Shown: positions 18,699-29,801 of the stretch, one piece after another
Numbering within the stretch: the first letter of the stretch is position 1
How the letters are laid out: the number at the start of each line of letters is the position of its first letter
Assembly: GCA_007375675.1 (NCBI GenBank)
Contig: VMEU01000006.1
Span: 1 to 62,220, forward strand
Origin: Parcubacteria group bacterium Greene0416_39
GTDB taxonomy: Bacteria > Patescibacteriota > Minisyncoccia > Minisyncoccales > UBA10102
Length of the DNA: 62,220 bases
Direction of reading: 5' to 3'
Notes under the pieces: generated by a model
What the model was told of the DNA's origin: nothing
Database searches by the model: none
What the model saw: the letters and a program-made list of their open reading frames with translations, nothing else
Translations under genes and position numbers: made by a program

Positions 18699-20687
18699 TT
18701 AAACCAAAAACTTTGCAAGTAGAATGGCAATGATATTCACGACTTTGATAACAGGATTAATGGCAGGCCCTGCGGTATCTTTGTAGGGATCCCCCACCAT
18801 ATCGCCGGTTACCGCTGCCTTATGCGCGTCAGACCCTTTTCCTCCAAAATGCCCTTCTTCAATAAACTTCTTGGCGTTATCCCACGCGGCTCCGCCTGAA
18901 GTCATAGAGATTGCAACAAACAGCCCTGTGATGATAGTTCCAATTAAAAATCCTCCCAAAGCTTCAGCTCCCAACAAAAATCCTACTGCAATGGGAGCTC
19001 CCACCACAATGAACGTGGGAAGAACCATTTCTTTGAGCGCGGCTTTGGTCACAATATCCACTGCTACGCCGTAGTCTGGTTTTCCTGTCCCGTCCATGAT
19101 TCCTTTAATTTCCCTAAACTGTCTGCGTACTTCTTGAACCACTGCTCCCGCAGATTTACCCACTGCTCTCATCGCAAGAGATCCAAACAGATACGGGAGC
19201 GCGCCTCCCAATAACAATCCTGCCAAGACTTCGGGATTCGCCAGCTCAAAGACAAATACCTTTCCTGCTCCTAAACCAAGAAGCTCGTGGGTGTATGACA
19301 CAAAAAGCACCAACGCCGCCAATCCTGCTGAACCTATTGCGTAGGCCTTGGTCACCGCCTTTGTTGTATTTCCTACAGCATCCAAAGGATCTGTTACATC
19401 GCGTACGCTTTGGGGAAGACCTGTCATCTCAGCAATGCCTCCTGCGTTATCAGTGATGGGGCCAAAGGCATCAATCGCAATAACAATACCGGCCAAGGAA
19501 AGCATCGCGAGAGCAGCTAAAGCAACGCCGTAGAGCCCTGCAAATGTGAACGCGAGCAATACTCCTGCAACGATAATAATCATTGGGGCAAAGGTAGCTT
19601 CCATGCCCATGGCAAGCCCAATAATGACATTGGTGCCGTGGCCTGTTTTGGAAGCTTCAGCAATTGCCTTCACGGGCCTAAATTTCTTTGACGTGTAGTA
19701 CTCGCAAACCACAACAAGAAGCAAGGTCATTACAATTCCAACCGCCATTGCCCAAAACCAAGGCAGTACATTCTCTTGCGCAACAACATCCATTGCAACC
19801 AACACATAGTAAAATCCAGCCAATGAAAGCACTGCGCTTAAAACCAGCCCTTGGTACAAAGCTCGCATTATTCCTTTGCCAGAAATGCGCACACCCAAGC
19901 TCCCAATAATGGAGCCAAGGAGGGCAACCCCTCCTATCAAGAGAGGAATAAATGCTATGGCAGGAGAAGAAAATAGTAGCGAACCTAAAAACATTGCTGC
20001 AACAAGCGTAACCACATAGGTTTCAAACAGATCGGCAGCCATGCCAGCGCAGTCTCCCACGTTGTCGCCCACATTGTCGGCAATCACTCCGGGATTGCGA
20101 AGGTCGTCTTCTGGTATTCCTGCTTCCAACTTTCCCACCAGGTCAGAGCCAACATCAGCAGCTTTGGTAAAGATACCTCCTCCAAGACGCGCAAACACGG
20201 AAATTAAAGAACCTCCAAAGCTAAGACCAATAAGGGCAGTAATATCAGAGGTTAAAAGATAGTACCCTGACACCGCAAGGAGAGCTAACCCAACAACGAA
20301 AAATCCCGTGACTGCTCCTCCTCGAAATGCCAAGGAGAATGCGGGGGACAACCCTCTCTTTGCTGCCTCTGTGACTCTCACGTTTGCCCGTACGGCTATC
20401 ATCATGCCCAAAAATCCTGCTAATCCTGAAGCTGCAGCACCAATCAAAAAACCAATCGCAACAGCTGGATTATCTAAAAAGAGAAACCAGAGAATCGCTC
20501 CAACAGGAAACGCAACCAATGCAATCGTTCGGTATTGCCTTTTTAAGTATGCCCACGCTCCTTCTTGAATAGCCAAAGCGATTTCTTGCATTTTTACATC
20601 GCCTTTGGGCTGCTGGAGTACTTGCCAAGCCAAAAAAACGGCATATCCAATTGACAAAACAGAAGCAAAAATAGGAAAAACCAACAT
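18699..20687 (-). CDS. hppA: Membrane H+-translocating pyrophosphatase (K+-independent signature)
   Basis: [32 protein letters not shown] (Lys at the K+-dependence position), [10 protein letters not shown]. Confidence 0.95.
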   Translation of the reverse strand: MLVFPIFASVLSIGYAVFLAWQVLQQPKGDVKMQEIALAIQEGAWAYLKRQYRTIALVAFPVGAILWFLFLDNPAVAIGFLIGAAASGLAGFLGMMIAVRANVRVTEAAKRGLSPAFSLAFRGGAVTGFFVVGLALLAVSGYYLLTSDITALIGLSFGGSLISVFARLGGGIFTKAADVGSDLVGKLEAGIPEDDLRNPGVIADNVGDNVGDCAGMAADLFETYVVTLVAAMFLGSLLFSSPAIAFIPLLIGGVALLGSIIGSLGVRISGKGIMRALYQGLVLSAVLSLAGFYYVLVAMDVVAQENVLPWFWAMAVGIVMTLLLVVVCEYYTSKKFRPVKAIAEASKTGHGTNVIIGLAMGMEATFAPMIIIVAGVLLAFTFAGLYGVALAALAMLSLAGIVIAIDAFGPITDNAGGIAEMTGLPQSVRDVTDPLDAVGNTTKAVTKAYAIGSAGLAALVLFVSYTHELLGLGAGKVFVFELANPEVLAGLLLGGALPYLFGSLAMRAVGKSAGAVVQEVRRQFREIKGIMDGTGKPDYGVAVDIVTKAALKEMVLPTFIVVGAPIAVGFLLGAEALGGFLIGTIITGLFVAISMTSGGAAWDNAKKFIEEGHFGGKGSDAHKAAVTGDMVGDPYKDTAGPAINPVIKVVNIIAILLAKFLV

Positions 20688-20792
20688 ATTTAGTATTCAG
20701 TATCTAGTATCTGGTATTTAGGGCGAGTACTATTTGATTTTCTGCAGACGCGTAGGGCCCCGCGCGAAGCGTGGGGTAAAGCGCAAAGAAAA

Positions 20793-21794
20793 TCAAATAG
20801 TACGAGCTATAACTTCTACATGTTTCACTAACGTGGAAGCGTATCCCCATTCGTTGTCGTACCACGATAGCACTTTTACCAGGTCTCCGTCAATAACCCT
20901 CGTAAACGAAAGGTCTATGATTGCTCCATAAGGCTCCCCTATGATGTCTGAAGAAACAATAGGGTCTTTTGTCACCTTGAAAATCCCCTTCCATTTGGGC
21001 AAAGCGGCAGCATCTTCAAGGATTTTGTTGATTTCTTCTACGCTTGTTTTGCGCTTTGCAACAAAGGTGATGTCTGCAATGGAACCTGCGACAATAGGCA
21101 CTCTCATTGCGATGCCATCAAACTTGCCTTCCAGTTCTTTCACGGCACGGGTCACTGCAATGGCTGCTCCTGTACTTGAAGGAACAATATTTTGACCAGC
21201 AGCTCTGCCGCGCCTCACGTCAGAACCTTTCACTGGTCCGTCAACCAAATTCTGGGTTGCGGTATACCCATGCACCGTGTTTAAAATTGCTTTTTTAATT
21301 CCCGGGTTTTCGCTCAACACCTGAACAACCGGAGCAGCAGCATTGGTAGTGCAAGAACCATTTGAAGAAATGGTGCAGCTTTTCAAATCGTCTTCATTGA
21401 TTCCCATTAACACTGTTTTACCTCCTATTTCTTCACCCCCGACCAAACCCGTCTGCTGGCGAGCAGGAGCAGTAAGAACCACCCGCTTTGCTCCTGCCTT
21501 GAGGTGCAGACTCGCTAACTCATACGACTCAAAGGCTCCAGTTGATTCCACCACAATATCCACGCCAAGCTCTTTCCAAGGAAGTTTTACAGGGTCTTTT
21601 TCTTGGAGAACTTTCATCCCTTCCAATCCTCTATTAAATTTCCCATAGACCGTATCGTACTTGAGCAAATATTCCAAATTCTCCACGTCCCCTAAATCAT
21701 TAATCGCAACAACCTCAAACTCCGACAAGTCTGTGATCTGCCGAAAGAAAAGCCGCCCAATTCTCCCAAACCCATTTATAGCAATCCTTGTCAT
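20793..21794 (-). CDS. gap: Glyceraldehyde-3-phosphate dehydrogenase, type I
   Basis: AINGFGRIGR, SNGSCTTN, SWYDNEWGY. Confidence 0.97.
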   Translation of the reverse strand: MTRIAINGFGRIGRLFFRQITDLSEFEVVAINDLGDVENLEYLLKYDTVYGKFNRGLEGMKVLQEKDPVKLPWKELGVDIVVESTGAFESYELASLHLKAGAKRVVLTAPARQQTGLVGGEEIGGKTVLMGINEDDLKSCTISSNGSCTTNAAAPVVQVLSENPGIKKAILNTVHGYTATQNLVDGPVKGSDVRRGRAAGQNIVPSSTGAAIAVTRAVKELEGKFDGIAMRVPIVAGSIADITFVAKRKTSVEEINKILEDAAALPKWKGIFKVTKDPIVSSDIIGEPYGAIIDLSFTRVIDGDLVKVLSWYDNEWGYASTLVKHVEVIARTI

Positions 21795-21878
21795 ATTGTA
21801 GTATTGTACCACGCAAAAAAGAAAAGAGGAAGCCATACGGCCCCCCAAACCTGCTTTTTACACAAGCCTATTGAAGAA

Positions 21879-22184
21879 TTAATACTCCAATTTCATTCCA
21901 AGCTTCCCGGCGAGCTGCTGAATCCATTTTTCGTGGCGAGTTGTCTGCATTGCTATTGCAGAGTATTCAATCCTCAAATCATCTATTGCTTTTGCAAGAC
22001 TATCAATTGCAGTGGTCAGATGATGCACAGACTCCTCAAGTTTTTCTACTCTTTCAGCGAGATTCTGTATCTGTATGCGTAATTCAAAAACGTCTTCCTT
22101 TGTGGCGGTCTTTTCAAGCTTCTCGTTTACTTTTTCGAACTTTCCATCCAGATATTCAATTAACTCAGAGAAATCCTGGTTCAT
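21879..22184 (-). CDS. Hypothetical coiled-coil protein
   Basis: Heptad pattern, ATKED motif. Confidence 0.75.
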   Translation of the reverse strand: MNQDFSELIEYLDGKFEKVNEKLEKTATKEDVFELRIQIQNLAERVEKLEESVHHLTTAIDSLAKAIDDLRIEYSAIAMQTTRHEKWIQQLAGKLGMKLEY

Positions 22185-22341
22185 AGCTCTATTATAGATC
22201 CTCCAAAATGAGTGTCAAATACTGCTCTGCTTGCGAGATTGTCTAACAGCTACTACGCGAGCTAACATGTCTGTTGTAACTACGATCGTAGTTACAAGAG
22301 ACATCCTCCGCATTACTCCTCCTGCGAGATGAAGCTAGAAC

Positions 22342-22713
22342 CTATTTTATCTGCTGATAAAAAACAATCTTGTATCCATCTGGATCTCGAATGACAAATT
22401 CTCTATTCCCCCAAGGCCAGTCACGAGGTTGACTTGAAGGTTTTAGCCCTTTATCAAGTAACGAGTTGTAATACTCATTAATGTTTTCAACGTTGACATA
22501 GATGTAAATTCCCAGCCCTTTTGGTCCTTTGCCCGATTCATCGTTAAGCTAGACTGTTGTTTCATCATGAAAATCTATGTAAAACTCTCCAAGCTCTGCG
22601 CTTATCTTATCCTTTGTTTCTTCTGTAATAATAAAACCAAGCTGTTTGTAGAACTTCGCAGTCTCGACAGTGTCTTTGACTAAAATCACTAATACATCAA
22701 GTTTTTTAAGCAT
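22342..22713 (-). pseudogene. VOC/glyoxalase-family gene with an in-frame TAG
   Basis: Manual translation ...KFYKQLGF...DETTV*LNDE...IYIYVNVENI...DWPWGNREFVIRDPDGY; TAG at 22549-22551. Confidence 0.85.
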
Positions 22714-22769
22714 GTGTTCATATTACCAAAAAATCGCCCACTTGGCGATTCTTTGGTTCTACTCGTAGA

Positions 22770-23633
22770 TTAACCAATGACGTCTTTGATGGAGTCAATA
22801 ATGTCTGTTGCGACAAGAGATTCTTTGTATATTTTCGCGGCGGCTTCTCCTGCTTTCCCGTTGATATATGCTGCTGCCTGCGCTGCGACAAACGGATTTA
22901 TTCCTCGCGCAAGCAATGCTCCTGCGATTCCTGCCAACGTATCCCCTGCTCCTCCAATACTCATATAGGGAGACCCAGTTTCATTAAGCGCAACGTCAGT
23001 CCCATTGGTAATAATGTCGGTTTTGCTTTTTAGTAAGATGGTGGTGCGCAGTTTGCTTGCGATCTCCCGCACCTCCTGAATTCTTTGATCAAGTTCAAGA
23101 GGCTTCACGTCCTTTCCTCCAAGAAGCGTCAACTCAAAGGTATTGGGCGTGATGAGAAACGGCTTTCCCGCAAGAACATCCAGGCGTTTTGCAATCGCAT
23201 GAATAGCGTCTGCGTCAATAACCACAGGCACGTTGATATTGCTCAAATACTCTATAATTGTCTCCTGGGTTTCCTGGGATCTTCCCATGCCTCCTCCTAT
23301 GACCACAGCAATCTTGCCATGAGCACTCTCTCTCGCGCCCTCAGTCATGGTTAAAAGCGTTGGAAGATGCGCTTTCAGCAGATGAGTACTGTCAAGGGGA
23401 AACGCGGCAAGAATCGGAGAAAAGGAAGCGATAATGTCGGCTGCGCGCTTTGGAGCAATAAGCCGAACCATATCAACTCCTGCTTTGAATCCTGAAAGCG
23501 CTGCTAGCGCAGGAGATCCTGAATAAAACTCGCCTCCTCCAATAATAAGAAGCAGCCCGTAGTCATATTTGCTCACCTCGGCAGGCCGTTGAGGATAAAC
23601 TTCTTTTATTATACGTGTAGTTACTGTATTCAT
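22770..23633 (-). CDS. nnrD: ADP-dependent NAD(P)H-hydrate dehydratase
   Basis: SKYDYG, YSGSP, VIDADA, ITPN, GGAGDTLAG. Confidence 0.92.
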   Translation of the reverse strand: MNTVTTRIIKEVYPQRPAEVSKYDYGLLLIIGGGEFYSGSPALAALSGFKAGVDMVRLIAPKRAADIIASFSPILAAFPLDSTHLLKAHLPTLLTMTEGARESAHGKIAVVIGGGMGRSQETQETIIEYLSNINVPVVIDADAIHAIAKRLDVLAGKPFLITPNTFELTLLGGKDVKPLELDQRIQEVREIASKLRTTILLKSKTDIITNGTDVALNETGSPYMSIGGAGDTLAGIAGALLARGINPFVAAQAAAYINGKAGEAAAKIYKESLVATDIIDSIKDVIG

Positions 23634-23652
23634 GGTTTTCTGTCGTAGATTA

Positions 23653-24504
23653 TCATATATGTTCGTCTTTGAGAAATTTCTGCATAAGGTACAGGTTAGA
23701 CCTCATCCATGCTTTTTTGTTCCCACACTCCAGCCACTTTCCTTCAAGCTCATAGCCATACATGACCCTTCCCTCGTTTACCATATCTCCCAATGTCTCC
23801 CCAAACGAAATCTCTCCTTGTTTATTGGGCTTTGCCTTTTTAAGATAATCAAACACGTCTGGAGTGATGATTCTCCTTCCTGGCATTGCAAGGTTTGAAG
23901 GAGCAGTCCCTGGCTCTGGCTTCTCCATAATCTTTCTAATCTTGGTGAGCCGTGTCGCAATCTGCTCTCCCTGGCACACGCCATACAAATGAAGTTGGTC
24001 TTCAGGGAGTGCAAATAGCCCGGTGACCGGACACTGCGCGCTTCTGAAAATCTTGGCCAATTGCGCTAAAGCTGGCACTTTTGATTCTATCACATCATCC
24101 GGGGAAAGCACAAAGCAAGGTTCGTCTCCTATAAGCTTTTGAGCCTGGAGTATCGCGTGCCCTTCGCCTAAAGGCCTTGTTTGCTGTACGAACGAAAACG
24201 ACATGCCCTCAAATGCTTTCTGAAGACCCTTTAACTCCTCGAGGGCCTGCGTTGCTTTACGTTCTTCCAAGAGTTTCTCAAGGATTGGAGACCGTTTTAA
24301 GTACTCAGAAAGAAACCTGAAATTCCTTGCGTCTACCACAAACACAACGTGTTTTACTCCGGAGTCTACCATTTCTTCAAGCGCGTAGTGAACCAATGGC
24401 TTGTCAGCAAGGGGAAGAAATTCTTTAGATACTGCCTTAGACAGGGGAAAAAATCTTGTTGCAAGACCTGCGGCAGGAACAATCGCTTTGGTGATCTCGG
24501 TCAT
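23653..24504 (-). CDS. galU: UTP-glucose-1-phosphate uridylyltransferase
   Basis: KAIVPAAGLATRF, KEFLP, PLGEGHA. Confidence 0.9.
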   Translation of the reverse strand: MTEITKAIVPAAGLATRFFPLSKAVSKEFLPLADKPLVHYALEEMVDSGVKHVVFVVDARNFRFLSEYLKRSPILEKLLEERKATQALEELKGLQKAFEGMSFSFVQQTRPLGEGHAILQAQKLIGDEPCFVLSPDDVIESKVPALAQLAKIFRSAQCPVTGLFALPEDQLHLYGVCQGEQIATRLTKIRKIMEKPEPGTAPSNLAMPGRRIITPDVFDYLKKAKPNKQGEISFGETLGDMVNEGRVMYGYELEGKWLECGNKKAWMRSNLYLMQKFLKDEHI

Positions 24505-25802
24505 GCTTTCTTGGCGCGCAAAAACGCGGGGATATCCCAGGCTTTTTCTTTTTCTTGGAGTTCTTCGATTTCTTCTTCAATTGCCTTCTGAAGCTCAAGC
24601 GCGTTTCTCCTTGGTTGAACCTGAAGAACCGGCTCCTGTTTCTCTGCGGAAGATCCCCCGAAGGGGGAGGGTTTTTCTTTTGTTTTTGGAGTCTCTTTTC
24701 TCAGAGCAAGACGAGCTTGCTTTTTCTGTTGTATTACAAGCGGTAAGCTCCTTGGCTTGGGAACCTCTCTCTGTACGGTTTTTGCTTGTTCCTTTTGAAC
24801 TCCCAGCGCAAACAGCGTAATCCTCATTTTCTTCTCAAGCGCATTCTGCAAAGTGATGCCAAAAATAACTTTTGCTTTAGGGCTTTCCTGGGAAAGCGCC
24901 TTGCAAACCTGAGAAACCTCCTGCATCTTCAAATCTTTTCCCCCTGAAATGTTGAAAAGCACTCGCTCTGCTCCTTTGCTTGAGTATTCAAGCAACGGGT
25001 TTGCCAGCACTTGCTCCAAAACCACGCTGGCGCGATCTTGGCCAGAAGAAACTGCGCTTGCGAGGTAGCTCAACCTATCTTTCCCTTCCAACAAAGACTG
25101 AATATCTGCAAAATCAATGTTGATAAGCCCTGGCAAAGAAAGAGTTTCCATAAAACCTTGGAGGCTTTCTGCGAGTTTTTTGTTGAGGGCAGAAAGCGCA
25201 ACGGTAAAGGAAACTTGTTTTTCAACAATGCCAAATATGTTGTCATTGGGAATTAAAACGTACGCATTCACCAATGGTTTCAATTTTTCTAAACAAGAAA
25301 GTGCCAGCTCCCTCCTTTTTTCTCCTTCAAAAGAAAAAGGCATGGTGAAAATGCCAATGGTCAAACATTTAAGTTCTTTTGCAGTCTGCAAAAACACGGG
25401 GGCAGCGCCAGTGCCTGTGCCTCCCCCAAGCGAAGCAACGAGGATAAGAAGGTCTTGCCCTTCCATGAGCTTTACAAGCTTTTCTTTGTCTTGTTGGGCT
25501 GCTGTTTCTCCCAAAACAGCGTCCATGCCGCATCCCAACCCATGGGTGAGCTTCTCTCCAAATGTAAAAGTCTTAACATTCTTGCGAGCAATTTGCCGCA
25601 ATGCCTGAACGTCTGTGTTTGCCGCGACAAAATCAAGTTTTTTTACGCGCTGGGCAATCTCTGCAATAATGTTGCTCCCGCCCCCGCCCACTCCCACCAT
25701 TTTAATCTTTGGCTTGTACACCCTGTCAAATATATCCTGTGCTTTGGCCCGCCCTAATGCCTTGCCGGCTTTAGGCGGGTTTTTGATTTTCTTTTTTGCC
25801 AT
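24501..25802 (-). CDS. ftsZ: Cell division protein FtsZ
   Basis: GVGGGG, GGGTGTG, INIDFAD, C-terminal DIPAFLR. Confidence 0.97.
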   Translation of the reverse strand: MAKKKIKNPPKAGKALGRAKAQDIFDRVYKPKIKMVGVGGGGSNIIAEIAQRVKKLDFVAANTDVQALRQIARKNVKTFTFGEKLTHGLGCGMDAVLGETAAQQDKEKLVKLMEGQDLLILVASLGGGTGTGAAPVFLQTAKELKCLTIGIFTMPFSFEGEKRRELALSCLEKLKPLVNAYVLIPNDNIFGIVEKQVSFTVALSALNKKLAESLQGFMETLSLPGLINIDFADIQSLLEGKDRLSYLASAVSSGQDRASVVLEQVLANPLLEYSSKGAERVLFNISGGKDLKMQEVSQVCKALSQESPKAKVIFGITLQNALEKKMRITLFALGVQKEQAKTVQREVPKPRSLPLVIQQKKQARLALRKETPKTKEKPSPFGGSSAEKQEPVLQVQPRRNALELQKAIEEEIEELQEKEKAWDIPAFLRAKKA

Positions 25803-25817
25803 TCATATAGTCTACTT

Positions 25818-25859
25818 AAAACAAAACACCCCGTCAAATGACTAGGGCGTTTTGTTTTC
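25818..25859 (-). terminator. Intrinsic terminator-like hairpin upstream of ftsZ
   Basis: aaaacaaaacaccc...gggcgttttgtttt. Confidence 0.55.
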
Positions 25860-25863
25860 GCTT

Positions 25864-25944
25864 ACCCTGTAGTGAAACTTTGACCGCCTTCGGCGACGAT
25901 GTGTCTCGCGTAGCGAGACACATGTCAAAGTTCTACTACGGGGT
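25864..25944. repeat. Second copy of the ~80 bp nested palindromic element
   Basis: Core ccttcggcgacgatgtgtctcgcgtagcgagacacatg identical to 6759-6838. Confidence 0.85.
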
Positions 25945-26126
25945 TATCTTCGGAAATCTCTCTGAGGCTTTGGCCTGTTGCGATAGCACTCCTGGCAGTA
26001 TACGTCGCTTCCTTCCCTTGGAGGGAAAGGAAGTTTCGTAATGGCAGTGCCGCATTGAGCGCATGTCCAGTTTCCTTCGTACATTGGCCTCTCAAAAGAT
26101 CGTCCTCCGTCGTTTCTCTCTTCCAT
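25944..26126 (-). CDS. CxxC-x17-CxxC zinc-ribbon protein
   Basis: CAQCG...LPFPP...VYCQECY. Confidence 0.85.
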   Translation of the reverse strand: MEERNDGGRSFERPMYEGNWTCAQCGTAITKLPFPPREGSDVYCQECYRNRPKPQRDFRR

Positions 26127-26248
26127 GGTATGTTGAAAGTTCAAATTGCTTGCTCATATTCTATCTATATGATGCTGTACCTCGACTTATGTACAATAAG
26201 AGTATAGCATACCTGTCCACCTCTTGTCAACCCCGTAGATCTACGGGG

Positions 26249-27112
26249 TCAACCCCTGTTGAACAATCTCAGACGGCTTTCTACCAACTGCTCAATTTTA
26301 TCAAACGCGGGAGCTAAGAGACGGTACGGGGCCACCTCATCAGGATTTTTTTGCAAGGCCTCTTCAACTCCTTGCCTCCAGGCCTTGCGAAGCTCTGTAT
26401 TAATATGGATAATAGATATTCCATCCTCAATTGCTTTGACAAAATCCTCGTCTTGAATCCCAGAACCTCCGTGAAGCACCAAAGGAACGCCAGCTGCTTC
26501 TCTGATTTCTTTGATCCTTTCAATGTCCAACCTTGGATCGGAACTGTCTTTCAACATTCCATGGATATTGCCAACTGCAGGAGCGAACAAATCAACTTTT
26601 GTTTGTTTCACAAAGTCTTCTGCGTCTTGTGGCAAAGTGAAATCCTCTTGTTTTGAAGCTGCGCCCTTAGGAAGTTCATTCAGAATCTGGGAAGAACCTC
26701 CAATATATCCCAACTCTCCTTCTACCAATATGCCAGGATTCTTTGACTTCACATACTCCACTGCCTCTTTTGTTTTCTTTACGTTTTCCTCAAAAGGAAA
26801 TTGCGCTCCGTCAAAAATCACCGAGTCAAACCCGGCTTCAACTGCTTCTTTCACGCTCTCCAAGGTATGGCAATGGTCTGCGTTAAGGAACACGGGCAGA
26901 TTCTGTTCTTTGAGTGAACGAACGAGCGCCGAGGCCTCTTTTGTCCCAAAGAATTTTCTTTCGCCTTCTGAAAGCCCAATAAGCACTGGGATCCTTAGTT
27001 TGGAGGCAGCAGATACAATCGCATGGAAGGCCGTGGTATCGGAGATGTTAAAGTGACCTATAGCGACTCTTTTTTCTTCCGCTTCCTTAATGTATTCTTT
27101 TAGTGTTTTCAT
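26249..27112 (-). CDS. fba: Class II fructose-bisphosphate aldolase
   Basis: GHFN, NADH, EGELG, GNIHG, VLHGGSG, INTE. Confidence 0.93.
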   Translation of the reverse strand: MKTLKEYIKEAEEKRVAIGHFNISDTTAFHAIVSAASKLRIPVLIGLSEGERKFFGTKEASALVRSLKEQNLPVFLNADHCHTLESVKEAVEAGFDSVIFDGAQFPFEENVKKTKEAVEYVKSKNPGILVEGELGYIGGSSQILNELPKGAASKQEDFTLPQDAEDFVKQTKVDLFAPAVGNIHGMLKDSSDPRLDIERIKEIREAAGVPLVLHGGSGIQDEDFVKAIEDGISIIHINTELRKAWRQGVEEALQKNPDEVAPYRLLAPAFDKIEQLVESRLRLFNRG

Positions 27113-27507
27113 AGAAAAACGAGAATAAGAATCAACCCGTTGATAATCGCGCTCGCGATGCAATATTCGCACCACATTTTGAGCTTGAACACCTGAATGC
27201 TAATGAGATAGAACGAAGCAAGAGATGCGAGGACAGCGGAGATTCGCAAGAGAGAGATAACTCTCAAGTCAACAATCATTTCTTTTCCCTGGCTTAGCAA
27301 CAAAACGCCCCCAAATACTACAAGGTAAAAAAGAATTCCTGGCACCTCGTTGGGAATTCCAAGGGTCTTGCTGTACTTGCTTTTCACAACGTTATCGCAA
27401 TCTTGCCCAAGAAAACAAACAATCTTTTCGTTCTTGAGTTTCTTTGAAAGAAGATGCGCAGAGATGCCAAGCCCGAGGAAGGAAAGGATGAACAAAGACA
27501 CGATCAT
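27109..27507 (-). CDS. Vitamin K epoxide reductase family protein
   Basis: C..C loop, GIPN, WCEYC, four TM helices. Confidence 0.9.
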   Translation of the reverse strand: MIVSLFILSFLGLGISAHLLSKKLKNEKIVCFLGQDCDNVVKSKYSKTLGIPNEVPGILFYLVVFGGVLLLSQGKEMIVDLRVISLLRISAVLASLASFYLISIQVFKLKMWCEYCIASAIINGLILILVFL

Positions 27508-28256
27508 CGAATTTCAAACTTAAGGGTCACGTCAACGGTAATGTCTTGGGAGCCTGGCTCAATAGTAGGCAAAGAGGATCTTTCTTTGCCTTGGGCTTCA
27601 AGAGTATAGAACGGAGTAGGGCTTACCCCTCCTTCTTCAATGGAGATCAGCTTGCCTAATTTAAATCCACCTGCGCGGGCCAAAGCCCTTGCTTTTCCTT
27701 TTGCTTTCTCGATAGCTTCTGCCCTTGCCTCGTTTTGCACCATCTCAGGGTCGTCCACGCCAAAGGAAAGTCCCGACACCGTATTCGCTCCTTTTCCCAC
27801 GAGCCCCGCAAGGATCGTTCCTATCTTTTCAAAATCGCGTATCTTGAGTTCAACCATCTGACTGATTGAGTACCCTACAATTTCAGGAGGAGGACAGATA
27901 CCGTCTCCCTCAGAACACCTTGAGTACTGATATCTGGGTTGAATGTTGTACGCGCTTGTTTTGATATCTTTTTCATCAATCCCCTGATCTTTTGCAAAGG
28001 CGATGGCGTCATTAGCCTTTTGAGTGTTTTCCTGCTGGAGGTTCACCAAGTCAGTGCCACCGTCTGTGAGAACGGAGAAACTCAAGCTCGCAATGTCTGG
28101 AATGACCGTGACCTTCCCCTCAGCCTGCACAAAAAAGGTCCTGGCAGGATACACTGATTTCCCGTACGAGAACGCAAGAAGCAACGAGGAAACTCCCAAG
28201 GCTGCCATCAAGAATATGCCTACGGCAAGAACGTATGGTCTGATTGTGTTATTCAT
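27504..28256 (-). CDS. SIMPL/DUF541 family protein
   Basis: GKVTVIPD, DIKT, IEPG..I.V.V motifs. Confidence 0.9.
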   Translation of the reverse strand: MNNTIRPYVLAVGIFLMAALGVSSLLLAFSYGKSVYPARTFFVQAEGKVTVIPDIASLSFSVLTDGGTDLVNLQQENTQKANDAIAFAKDQGIDEKDIKTSAYNIQPRYQYSRCSEGDGICPPPEIVGYSISQMVELKIRDFEKIGTILAGLVGKGANTVSGLSFGVDDPEMVQNEARAEAIEKAKGKARALARAGGFKLGKLISIEEGGVSPTPFYTLEAQGKERSSLPTIEPGSQDITVDVTLKFEIR

Positions 28257-28260
28257 ATCT

Positions 28261-28782
28261 TTATTTCACGTCAAGGAGTTCCACCTCAAACATAAGGGTA
28301 GCATTGGGAGGAATGGCTCCTGGAATTCCCTGCTCTCCGTAGGCAAGAAAAGGAGGAATAACAAGCTTTCTCTTGCCTCCAACTTTCATTCCAAGAACTC
28401 CTTTCTCCCAGCCCTGGATAACCTGGTTTTGGCCAAGAACAAACTCAAAGGGTTTCCCCCTGTCATGGGAACTGTCAAACTTTGTTCCGTCTAAAAACGT
28501 GCCTTTGTAGTGAACAGAAACTCTGTCTTCTGTTTTTGCCTCTTTGCCTTGGCCCAAGGTAATGTCAGTAATCTGGAGGCCCGCCTCTTTATCGGGCGGG
28601 CTTGCCTCGCCAAGTACAGTACTGTACTTGGCCTCGCCAGGTACAGTACTGTACTTGGCCTCGCCAGCAGGCGCTCCCTCTTTATTTTGCTGTTGGCTAG
28701 TTGGAGATTTAGAAAAAAGCACAGTAAAAAGAAGCACGCCGAGCACCCCTACAATCAAAAGAATAAAAACAATTGGTTTCAT
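28261..28782 (-). CDS. FKBP-type peptidyl-prolyl isomerase, membrane anchored
   Basis: [28 protein letters not shown]. Confidence 0.95.
   Translation of the reverse strand: MKPIVFILLIVGVLGVLLFTVLFSKSPTSQQQNKEGAPAGEAKYSTVPGEAKYSTVLGEASPPDKEAGLQITDITLGQGKEAKTEDRVSVHYKGTFLDGTKFDSSHDRGKPFEFVLGQNQVIQGWEKGVLGMKVGGKRKLVIPPFLAYGEQGIPGAIPPNATLMFEVELLDVK
28604..28666. repeat. 27-bp in-frame tandem palindromic repeat in the FKBP linker
   Basis: GCCTCGCCA(A/G)GTACAGTACTGTACTTG x2 (GEAKYSTV x2); related hairpin at 60919-60948. Confidence 0.85.
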
Positions 28783-29801
28783 GGTGTATTAAGATATTGT
28801 ATCATCGCTGGAGGTTCTTTTGCAAGGTATTCCCAGAAGAGATGCCCAAGGAAGAGCAAAACAATCAAACTAAGATAGGCAAAGAAAAACTGCAGATACG
28901 TAAGGCTAAGGTTTGCAAAGAAGTCCGCAAAGGTAATGGTGCCCCAGGAAGAAATGGAAATAACGCCGGCAACATCTCCTATTCTTTCCCATTTCTTTGC
29001 CAACTGTTTGCCCCCCTCCTTTACTGAAGCCATCATTTTTCTCGTGATGGGGCCCGCAAGCAGAGCGCCGTTAACAATCAAGATGCCCACCACGGTCTGC
29101 ATAAAAAAGAATTTTGGCGTAAGGGCAATGGCTTCTTGAAATATGAAGGCAACGCTCAAGAAATCAATGCCAAGCCCAACCCAGATAACCTTGCTTATTG
29201 TGGGAAACAAGGGGTAGACATGCTGTTTTAAAATTGCAGAGGATTTTGACGTGAGAAACAGAAAGTCCAACACCAGCACCGTGCCAACAGTAAGAATAGA
29301 GTGAAGCGTATGCCCCCAAAAAAACACTTGCGCTTTATCAAACGCGCCGTGCCAAGAAAACAGCATCATCAAAAGCACAACAAACCCAAGCTGCAATGCA
29401 TAGAACCATTCCATATGCTTTTGGAAGAGTTGAGGCCGTAGGCGGCGCAGCGCAAAACCCCCGGCAAACGCAAGCATCCAGAGAAAAACAAAGGGGCTCG
29501 AAACTTCTAGTCCCAAAGAGCGCTGTTCTTCTGTTGCAACAATGCCTATTCCTTCATGGGCGTATGCTGGGAGAAAAGAAGAGAGCAGAAACCACGAAAG
29601 AAACGCTATGAAGAATCCAGCTGCAAGAGGAAAAAGGAGTCTGGCCCCAAGCCATTCGTAGATTATGCAGGAGGCTGCTTCTTTGGCACGGTGTTTACTC
29701 CATTTGGTAAATACAAACCCCCACAGGGATACGGCTCCCGCCAAGGCTAACCCAAGCTGTCTTCCAAAAAGAAGGAATTCTGAAAATTCAACGCTAAACA
29801 T
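28779..29801 (-). CDS. Hypothetical polytopic membrane protein
   Basis: 340-aa ORF with ~9 hydrophobic segments, overlapping start/stop with neighbours. Confidence 0.8.
   Translation of the reverse strand: MFSVEFSEFLLFGRQLGLALAGAVSLWGFVFTKWSKHRAKEAASCIIYEWLGARLLFPLAAGFFIAFLSWFLLSSFLPAYAHEGIGIVATEEQRSLGLEVSSPFVFLWMLAFAGGFALRRLRPQLFQKHMEWFYALQLGFVVLLMMLFSWHGAFDKAQVFFWGHTLHSILTVGTVLVLDFLFLTSKSSAILKQHVYPLFPTISKVIWVGLGIDFLSVAFIFQEAIALTPKFFFMQTVVGILIVNGALLAGPITRKMMASVKEGGKQLAKKWERIGDVAGVISISSWGTITFADFFANLSLTYLQFFFAYLSLIVLLFLGHLFWEYLAKEPPAMIQYLNTP

Noticed and set aside
22549-22551. Stop-codon reassignment (TAG or TGA)
   Set aside because: RF1 and RF2 are both intact, TAG and TGA end many genes normally, and no suppressor tRNA is present.
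28604-28666. 27-bp direct repeats as a possible CRISPR array
   Set aside because: Tandem without unique spacers, in-frame in a gene, and no cas genes; no CRISPR array seen anywhere in the window.
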